Source: Lama guanicoe
Lineage: Eukaryota
NCBI GenBank assembly: GCA_013239625.1
Contig: MU053379.1
Coordinates: 4,896,714-4,960,713, forward strand
Reading direction: 5' to 3'
DNA: 64,000 bases
In this document: positions 26,211 through 38,200 of the stretch, one piece after another
Position numbering within the stretch: position 1 is the stretch's first letter
Layout of the letters: every line of letters starts with the position of its first letter
Notes under the pieces: model-generated
Database searches by the model: none
What the model saw: only the letters and a program-made list of their open reading frames with translations
What the model was told of the DNA's origin: nothing
Program-made: the position numbers and the translations under genes

Positions 26211-29200
26211 CTGCAAGGGAAGCAGAGCAGGAGAACAGGGCTGAGCAGGTGCCCCAGGGAACCCGCCCACAGCCTGGCACCTGACCCGACGACTTCCCGA
26301 GGCCTCGGCTCTCGCCTGCTCCACGCCAGTGTGGCCATCGGCCTGGCAGGCCCCGGCCAGCCCTGGAGGAACGTGACCTCAAAACAAACCCCCCGCTTTT
26401 TTGTCTCGTGTGACTTCCTTCCTCCTGCCCACTCTGTCCGGGGAAGTCCTCCGTTTGGACGGCTCCTCGGAGCCTGGACTCCGGCTGCTGCACGGACACT
26501 GCCCAATCTCTGAGCCGCTGAATGAAGCTGACCAGCTCTTGGATGTTTACTCAGTTTTTAACCTTCTAGCAAAGGCCCAGCTCCCACAGCGACGGGAAAG
26601 CCACACAGGGCAGGGCCAGGTGAAACCGGCCGCAGCCCCCACAGCCCCTGCAGCCTGGGCCCACCCTCCAGCAGCCCCGCTCCGGGCACAAACCGCCCTG
26701 TCTCCTCCACTGCAGCCCCCACCCCCTACACGTACAAGCTGACTGTGTTCCAGAAGGTTCCACAGCAATCGAGCCAAGTTGCATGTTGGCTCAGAATGTC
26801 CCATAAGGCTTCCCAAGACCTTCGAACCCACCTCCTTTGATCCTAGGTCCTCCCTCTGTTCGCTCCATCTTTTCCCTAAGAGACCTCAATTCCCTCCGCT
26901 TAACAACTCGTTTTCCCAGAAAGCTCTCAACTCTCCACCTGTTTCCAGCCCTCAGGGCTACAGTTCTCACCGCCAGAACCCGTCATCACCTGGGCATTTT
27001 AACAGAAGCCCCAGCTGAGGAGGCAGAGCCCCAGTCCCGTTACAAAAGCCGCCACCGGGCCACTGGCATGACTGAGCAGGGTCTGTGCGCCAGACGGTCA
27101 CGCCAGAAGTCTGGAGACAGAACAGCCTGTGGTAGGAGCAGCTCTGAGGGAGCAGGTCGGCTAGTCACCTGCAGACAGCTCAAGGCAGAAGTGCCTTATC
27201 CCCTGCCCGCTGTTTTTTTTTTAGCTCTGACGTTGTCTCAAAACTGAGAAAGAAAATCCACGAAGCTCTGGTGATACCCTGAGGAAATCGGGCTTCCTTC
27301 TCAAGTCTGCAAGGCCTGTGGTCTTCTCCCACCTCCTGACTGCTCCAGACCTGCCACTGCCCGGACACACCCACATGAAGACGCTGGCCCTGCTCCTGCC
27401 TGGACCCCCAGAATCACACCCACCACTCTGATGGAGCCCACGTGGCCCAGGAGCCGAGACACAACCCCCACCACCAACCACGTCCTCCAACAGGCACCGA
27501 CACCGAGCCCCTCCCATCCTCCACTCAGGGCATCACAGGACATCATTACATGTTTCATCACCTAATGAAATGCTGCTATTCTTCCCACTTGACGGAAGAA
27601 TAAATTGAGGCCGAGAAACCACGTCACCTGCCCAGGGTCCCTGAGGTGCTCAGGCCTTCCTCAAATCCTCCTCCTCACCTGCTCTGCCATCCACCTACTC
27701 CCAGGTCCCAGGAGAACAGAGGTGATTCTGCAGCCGACAACGTGTCATTTCTGAACAGCGGCCACTGACGTCGGAGCCACACGGAACGCCGTGGGCCAGC
27801 CTGACTGAGCAGCCCCTCAGCAGGGCCCACCCACAGGGCCAGGCGCCGTACGGACTCAGCCCCAGCGCTGGTACCTCCCAGACCTTCACTTACAACTGTT
27901 TCAGTGTCTGTAACTGAAGACGGGCGGAATCCCAGAGAGGGGTGAGCAAGGGCTCTGAGGCAGAAAGAAACAGGGCGGGATGGGGGCTGGGTTGGCGGGT
28001 CTGTCCGTGCGCCCACAGGAGGGTGCACCTGAGACGCAGCCTAGGGCAGGGGGCGGGGGCAAAGTCGCAGGGTCTGGAGGGCAGGGCCGGAGGCCCCGCG
28101 GGTCACGATGGGGAGGTGGCGATGAGCACACCCAGGCAAGAAACCAGAAGGAAACACCAAGGGGCTCAAGCAACTACATTTACATTTCAGGCCAAAGGGT
28201 CGAATGTGTTTTAAAGATGTTGCGAAAAGCGCTAGATGTTATAAGCAGACTTAGAATTTTCAGAGCTTTCAAAATTAAAAAACTAGACACATTTTCATTT
28301 TGTATTTTGAAATTACAGTTTCATAATTACCTTAAAAATCAATCTTTTAAGATAGGGTCTCTCAGACAAGAAATCCAACATGGAAAAGCCAGGGTTGGAG
28401 CGAACGGCTGCCATGGCGACCCAGTACCCCCCGGAGCTGCTGGCCCGGATGTTGTCTGGGAATCCAGGCAAATTCTCCACGAACAGGTCAGCCCCTCCCT
28501 TCATCAGGCCGGACACGTAGAACCTGAAAAAGTCACCCACGCAGGCGATGAACAGCAGCCCTTCAACTGAAGGAAAAATTCTAGCCAAGCACCAAACTGG
28601 TCTTGGCCCCAAAAACCTGACGGACAAATTGCAAACGTGTCCATCGTGAACCTCACGGCTGCTGCAAGAGGCCCTCGGAGCCCCGGGCCCAGCAAGAGAA
28701 ACAGGCGGCCCACAGGCAGGAGGAAGGGGCCTGGTCGCAGTCGGCACTCAGCCAAGACTCTCCCGGCCGACGCCCAAGGAGGCAGACGGAGGGGAGGGAG
28801 GATGAGCTGACCTGACCGCCCACCCCCGGGACAGGGTGCCTACCGCGTACCAGGCTCCGCAGCAACACCCACGCCCGTCCGGCCCGAGGACACGACAGCC
28901 CACGTGAGCTCGCCCACCTCCTGATCCTCGCCATGGTCGTCTCTGCCACCAGGACAAAGTCCTCCTCAGGAGAAAGCTGCACTCCGTTGGGGAACCGCAG
29001 GCGGTCCAGCAAAACCGTCACCTCCCTGGTCTTGGTGTCGTACTCCAGCAGGCTGCGGGGCGCCGACCCAGGGTCACAGGCGCGTCCGCGACCCCTGCTG
29101 GGCTGCAGCCCTGCTCCCGTCTGGGCCCTCGGGCCAGGGGCCTGTGGAAAGGGGCTCGGCCTCTGCCACAGTGGCAGGGCCCCCGCTGCTCCTCTGCTCA

Positions 29201-32200
29201 GACCTGGTCCCAGACTGGCCTGGGGGCCCTTCCCCACCCAGAGCACATCCAGCGTCCTCTTGCAGACAAGCCCAGGCAGTTCCCTCGCTGACCTGGGAGC
29301 TGGCTCAGCACCAGGGAGGGCTGCCACAGCTCCAGCCTCGCCGGAGTGCCCTTCAGAAACCCCGGCCGGGGTGTGAGGCCTCCCCCAGGAGCCAGACCAC
29401 ACCCTCAGGGGGCTGGCTGACGTGAGTTTCATTTCTCCAAAGAGAAAGTGAGACATCTTGCTGCTCTGTTGCTCCAACACCTGCTTCTGGGAGACACTCG
29501 GGTCCTATCAAAGGCTAAGTGCTACGCCCAGAAACGCCCAGGACTCCCAGGAGTGAAAAGCCCCGCGAAGTCACCCTGCCTGAGCAGAAGATGGGGAGGG
29601 ACACTCACCGTCCGTCATCCGTCCCCTCCATAAGCAGAAGCAGGTAATCTCATCTCTGCCACCTGCTGCTAGAATCCGTAAAATAAATCTTCCTCCCGTC
29701 CCGCGTGACTGTAAGATCGTTCACGAAGGACAGCCTCCTGCCCTCGATGGGGGTCTCAGAGGACAGCAGCTGTTTTACTTCCCCTGGGGGGGGGGGGGGA
29801 AAAGAAGAAGGGGAAGAAGAAAGGAGGAGACTGGCTGTCAGTCCAAGAACGTCCACCTCAGTAATTCCAAAACCCTGACCAGCCTACGGGATTTAAGAGG
29901 AAAAACCACAGCAGGTGTCCCCACGTCCCAGTCAGAAGACGCACCCGTTCTCACAGGAACAGTGTTTCCCCTTCTTTCATCTGCAGGTGATGAATTTTTT
30001 AACTAAGTTCATTAAAGGCATAATCCTCCAAGATGAGAAATACCTTTTATCAAGAACAACTGACTCAAAACTCTGTTAAGCGTCTTAGGTTAAAAAGGCA
30101 GTTTTCTGTTTGACTGCCTGAGACAAATCTAAAACGTCCCCCTCGTCTGCTTTTAAATAAAGCGGCAGGAGAGGCAGTGAGTCTTCTCAGGCTGCAGCAC
30201 GAATGCTCGTGGAGTGCTCAGCTCATCCTCGGACAGTCTGGCCTGAAGCCACGGCAGCCCCTACGCAGGCTCCCACCAGCCCACCTCGCGGACGAGGGAG
30301 TGGGCACGGCCGGGCTCCGGCACGCGCCACCCGCCAGGGCAACATCCCCCACACACGGCGGAGGTCGGACGTCCAAGTGCAGGTGACGCCACCCCCAGTC
30401 AGGGGAGAGGAGCCGGAGAAGCCGGACGAAAGGAAAGGAAAAGGCAGGTGGCGAGGAAGGAAGAGGGAAGAGCGAGGGGCAGCAGACACGCAGGAGACAC
30501 ACAGGAAAGTCAGGAGGGGAAGGTGAGTTTGACACCCCCAGGATGAGTCCCTGAGACCCTGCGGCTCGGACCCAGACGCAGGCCCGAGCAGGCCTGCAGG
30601 GGCACTCCCAGCAAGTTGGAGAAGCAGTCACCATGGCCCACGCACAGCAAACGCTGCCAAGCCCAATGAGGCACACGCGGCTCACGGATCTGAGAGCACT
30701 GCGGGCGGGGACAGGCTGCCGTCACGTACGCTTCCTGGGGTCCACTTCAAACAGCCCTTTGTAAGCATCGGCCACAAAAAGGGTCCCGTTGGGCCCGGCC
30801 CGGACGCCCAGGGGCCTCCCACACGCAGGCTCGTCGCCTCGGGTTTCTGCGGAGACACAAGGACAGGGCTCGGCGGCGGCCCAGGGCTCCGCCAGACCCC
30901 CTCGGCGTCCCGCCCCCGCGCCGTGCTGCAGACAGAGAGCCCACAGCACCAGGTGGACTCTGGCCCTGGACTCCAGCCCCCAGAGCACAGCACAACTGCC
31001 CGGCAGGTCGGGAGGGGCCACCCGACAGTCTGGAGGTGGACACAGCACAGCAGCTGGTACCCAAGGCTGACGTGCACACCAGCACCCTGAGACTCAGTGA
31101 ACTCAGGGACATCAGCTGACCCAGAACCGACTCCAGAATCCCCCAGGACCTCAGGAGCTGTGTTTAAGCCCAAAAGCTGGACCTCAGCACTGTGCCTGTC
31201 CAGGGCCGTGGCAGTTCCCTCCACCCATCAGGAAGGGAGCGCTGCTGTCTTACTCCTCGGAGCAATGCTCCTGCCCGACCACCTATCCTTTCTCTACACC
31301 CGTCCTACAGCCTCTTGACAGCCGGGCACTCACTGCAGGGCACTTAGGCCAAAATAACGGAGTCCAACAATGCCTGTCAAATACCCAAATGCAGAGTATT
31401 AACCCCATCTCACAAAACCATTCGTGGATGTGAGTATCCACAAACAGAAAGCTGAAAAGTCATTCAATAAAACACTGACAACGGTTACATCTGAGAAAAC
31501 TCCGGGGCATTTTCACTTTCTTCTTTGTGTTGTTCGCATTTCACCATGAAAATGCATCGTTTTTACAAAAACATGTTAGCTCTCAGAAACGGGTAACTAA
31601 CAAGTCTGTGGGCTACCCGTTTTTAAACAGTGGGCTTCTGAGTGACCCGTGGGCGTCTGGCTCTGGAGGAGGGGCTGAGGTTCCGCGGGGCAGCCCCAGG
31701 ACAAAGCCGAGAGCCTCCTGCAGCAGCTCCGAGGACACAGGCCTTGCGGGGGGCGGGGGCGGCAGGGCCCTGGCCACAGCACGGAGGGGAAACGGCCACC
31801 ACAGCCGGTGACACTCAGGCAGGCTCTTCTCCTCCAAGGAGAACGCAGCTCCACTGGCCACCCCGTGCCTTCCTGAACAGCTAGAAGAGACATACACCGG
31901 GGGTCACCAACTCACTGCATGGGCCTGAGCCAAACCGGGCGATGGTCTCTACGTCACCGCGGTCCAGCTTTACAACCCGGCCATCTGCTGTGCCAGTGAA
32001 CATCACATCTGTTTAGAAACAGGAAGGAACAAGGGCGTTACTGGGTTAGCCTGAAAACTGGGCTCACACCACCTTCTCTAACAGAGGCAACCGGTGTGTG
32101 CTTTTTATCTCCAGGGGAAATGGCGGCTCTGAAGATGAAGGCAAGCCGCGTCTGAGGACAAAAGTCCTGAACACGCGAGCAACAACCCCGTGGAGGCGCG

Positions 32201-35200
32201 GACTCAGCACGGAGCAAGGGCACAGCAGACAGCAGTCAGCGATGCACACAGGGGTTCTACCCTGAAAGGGGCGGGGCCCTCGAGCTGACGCTTGGCGCTG
32301 GGGGCTGTTCACGTCCTCCTCATGTCAGTGTCTGCTGAGCCAAGTGCACCCAACCAGAGGGGAAGAACTGCTGGGCGGGCCCTCGCAGCCACGTCAGAGC
32401 AGCCTGAGCGCTCACCTGAGCTGCACAGACAGCAGTGCTGGGACCACCCAGAGACTGCGGTGACTCGCAAGCTCATGAAATGCTCCTCGTTTCTAATGTG
32501 TGTGGCAAACTCCAGGGCCACCACTAACAGAAGTTTTTAAAGTGAGTATACCTGATATGTTAAGAAAGAAAACAGAATCGTAAGATGCTCAACTGAAACG
32601 GCTCAAGTCAGAAAGAGTGGAAGAGAAAGTAAGGAACAAGAAAACAAAGACAATGAAAAGAAAACAGTAACAAATATGGCAGACACTAATCCAACCACAG
32701 CTGACCCCTGAACAACCTGGGGGCTGAGGTGTCGACCTCTGCACAGTTTGGAAGTCAGTGTATAACTTTACGGTCAGACCTCACATCCGCGGGTTTCCGC
32801 ACCTGATTTTAGCAACTGCGAATCAAGTAGTGTGGCAGAACTTATTGAAAAATCCCGTGAATAAGTGGGCCCACACAGCTCAAACCTGAGCTATTCAGGG
32901 ATCAGCTGGGTATCAGTTATCATTTTAAATGTCAATGGTATAAATACCCCAATTAAAAGACAGACGGTCAGAGTGCATCAAAAAGCAAGGCCCAACTACA
33001 GGCGGCCCACCAGAAACCCTCTTTAAACAGACACACGCAGATCTGAGCTGCAGGGCTAGAGCAAGCTGCACCGCGCTCACACCAGCCAAGAGGAAGCTGG
33101 AGTGCCCTGCTGGCCGCGGGCGGCGCAGAGCAGAGCTAAGGGAACCATCGGGAGGAAGGGGGCCGGCACTCACGACAAAGCACCAGCTGCGGAGAAGAAC
33201 CGGCAGCCCAACACGTGTGCGCCTCACAGCAATCACCGAAGAACAGGAGGCAGAGCTGGCAGAGCCGCAGGAGACGGAGGCGGGGCCCCCAGCAGCGGAC
33301 AGCTCCCGCAGACGGAGTCGGGAAGGACACCGTGGGACCACCAGCACCATGGGCTAACTGGACATAACTGTCACCCTTCCACCACCTCATGCCAGCAACA
33401 GCGGAACACCTATCCTTCTCAAGCTCACGTGGGACGTTCACCAAGACGGACCATGTTCTGTGTCACACACCTTAACAAATTAAAAAAACAGAAATCATAC
33501 AATGTCTGCTCTCAGACCAAAACGAAATTAAACTAGAAGTCAGAAACAGAAAGAGCAAGAAAATCCCAAATACTTAGAGATTAAACAACTCACGCTTCTA
33601 AATAACACACAGGTCAAAGAAGAAATCACAAGGGAAATTAGAAAAAGTTCTGAACTAAATGAAAATGAAACACAACCTGTCAAAATCTACTGGATGCAGA
33701 GAAAGCAGCGCTTAGAGAGGGCAACAGCATCAAAGGCCTGTATCAGAAGAGAAGACAGACCTCAAACCAATTATCCAAGCTTCCAGGAAAAGACCAGGAA
33801 AAGAAAAAGTAACTGAAACCTTAGGTAGGCAGAAGAAAGAAAGAATGAAAATTAGAGCAGATATCAAATGAAATTGAAAACAAGAAATCAAGAGAGGAAA
33901 ATCAACAATACTAAAAGCTAGTTCTTTGAAAAGATTGATAAAATACGTCATCTCCAGACCAGGCTAGCAAAGAAAAGACAGTCATTACCAGCAGCAGCAA
34001 TGGAGACGGAACATCACTACAAACCCCGCAGACGTCAGGAGGATAACGAAAGCACACCACGAACAAGTGTCTGTCCACAAGTTTGGTACTGGAGATGAAA
34101 TGGACCAATTCCTTCAGAGACACGATCTGCCAGAACTCATACGAGAAGCAGACAGCTTGAACAGGTCTACGTCCACTGAAGAAATGAATCAACGGTTACC
34201 ACCCTCAAGAACAGCACCAGGCCGACAGGCTCACTGACGAGCCGCACCCGACGCTTAGGGGAGGGACCGTCTCTCCCAGAGAACAGAAGCAGAGGGAACG
34301 CTTTTCAACCCGTTCCACGAAGCCAGCATGGCCCTGGTACCAAACCCAGGTAAAGTCACTTCAAGGAAACAGACCAGTATCTCTCATGGACGAAGATGCA
34401 AAAATCCTCAACAAATCGCCGATCTTTCCCCTCAGTTTGGCTGTGAATCCAAACTGCTCTAAAACGTAACATGTGATTAAAATAACTCAAGGATGTTCAT
34501 GGGTGATCCTCCCCCAGAATCCCGAGGTGAGCGCATCCCTCCACCGTCAGCCACGTGCAGCCCCCCCACCCCAACCGAGGCAGCAGCCGTCACGCCGCAG
34601 TAGGGAACCAGAAATGTCACCAGGAGGACATGCAGCTCCTTTAGGAGAGAAAAGGGAGCCTGAGGACAGAGCAGGATGAGACTCCAGGCCAAGTGGGAAA
34701 GACAAGAAAAGCATTCTCGGGGAGATCTTCTTTTAAAAAGATCACTTTAAGTCTCAAAGTTCCAGTTTTAAATATCAATACTGAATTTTTTTTAGCAAAA
34801 CACACAATTGGGAAAATAATAAACATCAACGCCTCTTTAAGAGAAACGCGAAGCTCTGGAATGATGTGCCCATCCCCCGTGGGCAACTCTGACTCTGCCA
34901 GACAAACAGCAACGGCCACTGCAGCGAGGCCCCCACCTGCCGAGAACAACAGGACCACTCTCGCTGCAGGGCCTCGGCCTCGAGGGCAAAGCGCTGGGAG
35001 GCCCTCCCGCCACTCAGGTCCAGAGCCTGTCCGTTGACTGCTCTTACGACCCCTCCGCTCACGTCGCATCCTCACAGGCAGAGAAGGCCTGTTCCAGGTG
35101 CCGCAGACTCCAGAATCAGAACCAGACCCTATTCTGGTTCTTAGGTTTGGGCACCTGAAGCAGATGGTTACCCTTAAATGTACCCACCGAAGTGAGCTTT

Positions 35201-38200
35201 AAGAAAAACAGAAATACTGAGGAATAGTTCCTGTTCTTTTCACAGGTGAAATCTACACAGAGACAATCTGAGCAAGAAAACAAGGTCTCGTCAAGCACCC
35301 CCTGCCCAGCTCTGACAAGTGAACCAAACATCAGCGTCGGCGTTTTTCTCTCTCCTCTCGTCTTAAAGGGCCCAACAATCTGAGCAGAAGAAAGTGCTCC
35401 AGAGACGTGAACTCAGAATCACCCAGCACTGAAACAGCCTGCAACTCGGAGAGGCGAGAGGCCCCACGGCGAGTCTGCTGGACAAACACACACGTCCACA
35501 GCCAGGAAGCCTGCCCGGGCCTCCCCACTCGGGCAAGTCAGCTCGAGGTCCCAGGCCTCTACTTACCCCCGATATTTGCTATAGACTCCGGCCCAACAAG
35601 CTGGTTTTCAAACAGCCGTTCTGCCTGTCGTAACCTTGTGTTTGCTTGCAGAACACCGAGCAAGAGAGGGGGTTCTTTGAAGCTGGAAAAGAACGCAATT
35701 ATAGGGATCTGTCTGTAAAAACACATAAAGAAAGTATTTACTAAGGACCTACAAGGACCTACATGCAGACTCCCCGTTCGTTAATAAGTCGGGCACATTC
35801 CCGTAACATCCTTAGTTGCCAGAAGCACAAGTTCAGGAAAAAAACTTCCCGAGCTACCGAAAAGGTCACAGCACAAAACAGGACTGAAAACAGAAACGCG
35901 GCTAATGCCACTGAGAGCACCAGGCCCACCTGTCCAGTTGCTCACACCCTCTGGTTCACACCCCGGTACCTCCTCTCCCACTGGCCCATTCACACCCGGT
36001 ACCTCCTCTCCCACTGGCCCGTTCACACCCCGGTACCTCCTCTCCCACTGGCCCGTTCACACCCCGGTACCTCCTCACCCACTGGCTCGTTCACACCCTG
36101 GTACCTCCTCTCTCACTGGCCACTCCAGTCCAGCTGAGATGGAGGGAGAGGCGTGGACACTTCAGGCTCCAGAGAAGAGAGAAGGTACCATGGCTCCATC
36201 ATCCCACATGGGCAATCCTGCCTCCTGCCTGTCACCCTCCCTCTGGGGCCTGGACCCCCTCCCCTCACGCAGAAGCGGCTCCAGGAGCTCATCACTCTCC
36301 ATCCACAGGCAAATGGAGGCGGGGGTTGGGGGGTGACTAAGACCCACAGCCCTCCTGGTGCCCCCGCTCCCCAAGGGCTGTCAGCAACTGCATACCGACC
36401 TGCTCTGGAGGAGCCCTCGCCCCGGCCTGTCTGTTCTGATCCCCCAGATGGCCTGGAGATGGACCCCCAAGGAGGCACTCCCACCAGCCGCACCCAGCCT
36501 GCCCCCACATCATCCACCCCGGCCAGCAGGGTTGGCAGGCCCCGCCATGCTGCTGTGGGGAGACTGCAGCACTGGCCCCAGCCAGTGGGCCCCCTCCCTT
36601 GCTCTTTCTGCTCTGATGGGAGTTTTAAAGAAGGCCTTTCCGCTGCCGACAGCAGCACTCTCCTCACACCTCAGCTCGTGTCTGTTCTCACGCTGCCTGC
36701 CAGTCCTCTGCCTCCATTCTGGGTCTCAGGTCGCGGGAGAGGCCCGTCGGCCACACCAGTTCCCTGGGCTCCTCCTCACAGCAGATGGGCTGGCTCTGCA
36801 GGACCACCGATCCTCCGCAGCCCCCGCCCCGCCCTAGCCTGTCAGGACTTCACACCCACCTTCCGCCTGAATTTCGTCACCCCTTCACTGAGACCAAAGG
36901 TCTTCGGTCACGAAGACCCAGCCCTCCCCGCCCTACCTGATACTTACCTGTCCGCCACCCTACCATTCCCCTCCTCCCAAGACCAGCTCCCCAGCCCAGG
37001 TGTTGACCTGCAGCTGGGGACGCAATTCACACTCCCACTTGCTGGCTGGGTCACCCAGAAAGGTCAGCTGGTACTTGGGGTAGGCTGAGCTGCATCCTTC
37101 TCCACGCTGGGGGACGGCTGGAGAGGGGCCCCTCGCAGAGGACACCCACACACCATCCACCACGAACCTTCACTTTCACTTACGAAATACCAGCACATGT
37201 TCAGTTGTACATGTTATACTGCCTCCACACTGAGGCAGGGTTCTTATCTGAAGTGTGACATGGGCCAACTCAGAGGAGGCTGCAGACTGCGTCGCCACCT
37301 GGGCAGTTTCAAAGGAAACAGGAACTTACTGAACCAGACTGCACAGCCCTGATGTCATAAATCCTCACACCAAAGAGAGCCTGGCTCTGCACGACTGTAA
37401 GTACAAATGTGGATACACTCCCGCCCCCGAGCTGCACAGTATCGTCTCAGTCCCGGGGGCTGTACGTTCCCACAGACCCCACTGATGAGGGGCAACTTGG
37501 GAGGAAGAGAACACTAATTACAAGGTTTTAAACATCAGTCACCACAAAAAGTAAACAAGGCAACTGGAACTCAACCGCCACCTGTGTGTGCTTCTGCTAC
37601 TCCGAAGGAGCTCGGGCTAACCCTCTCTAACGCTCAGGCTTCTCTTGTTTGGGGCTTCTCCGGGTTTTGCTTTGGGTTGTAGCTTTGTCCTTGAAACACT
37701 AACATGGAAAATACTGGGCATGTGTTGTGTAACATCAAACAAGGCACTGAAGACATCACAAACCTCTATTTCTCATGGTAACTTACCTTTCAGACCAGGC
37801 TGGTTTATTACTCGAGAAGCTGTTTCAGCTGGTTTATTCTATTTTGTTGGGCAGCCCCAACCCGCCCGGCCCAGGACAGTGGGGCAGCTCACCTGAGGGG
37901 CTGTGGGTCTATGGGGGAGTCCAGCAGCATCACGGCTACAAGCAGGGGGGCCAGCAGGGACACAGCCAGCATCAGGAAGGTGGCTCGGAACACTCTGCCA
38001 CTGAAGGAGCTGCCGGGACAAAGTACACGAGGCGTCAGCAGGGCTCAGGCGGACTGGCCGCGGTCTCAGCCCTCCTGCCCAGCCTCCCCCACCATGACCT
38101 CAGTGACAGGGATGATCAGCACTGTTTGCTAGGATGGCAAACATCCCCTTGTTCTTTTTCAATTGTCCAGCTTGTGGGCCACTCTTATCCGTTACTTTCC

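Noticed and set aside
29644-29652. Programmed stop-codon readthrough of the APMAP TGA
   Set aside because: The context is TGA GAT, not the TGA CTAG-type leaky motif; nothing in the sequence supports efficient readthrough.
35954-36121. 34-bp repeats as a CRISPR array
   Set aside because: Units are contiguous with no unique spacers, there are no cas genes, and the context is a mammalian intron.
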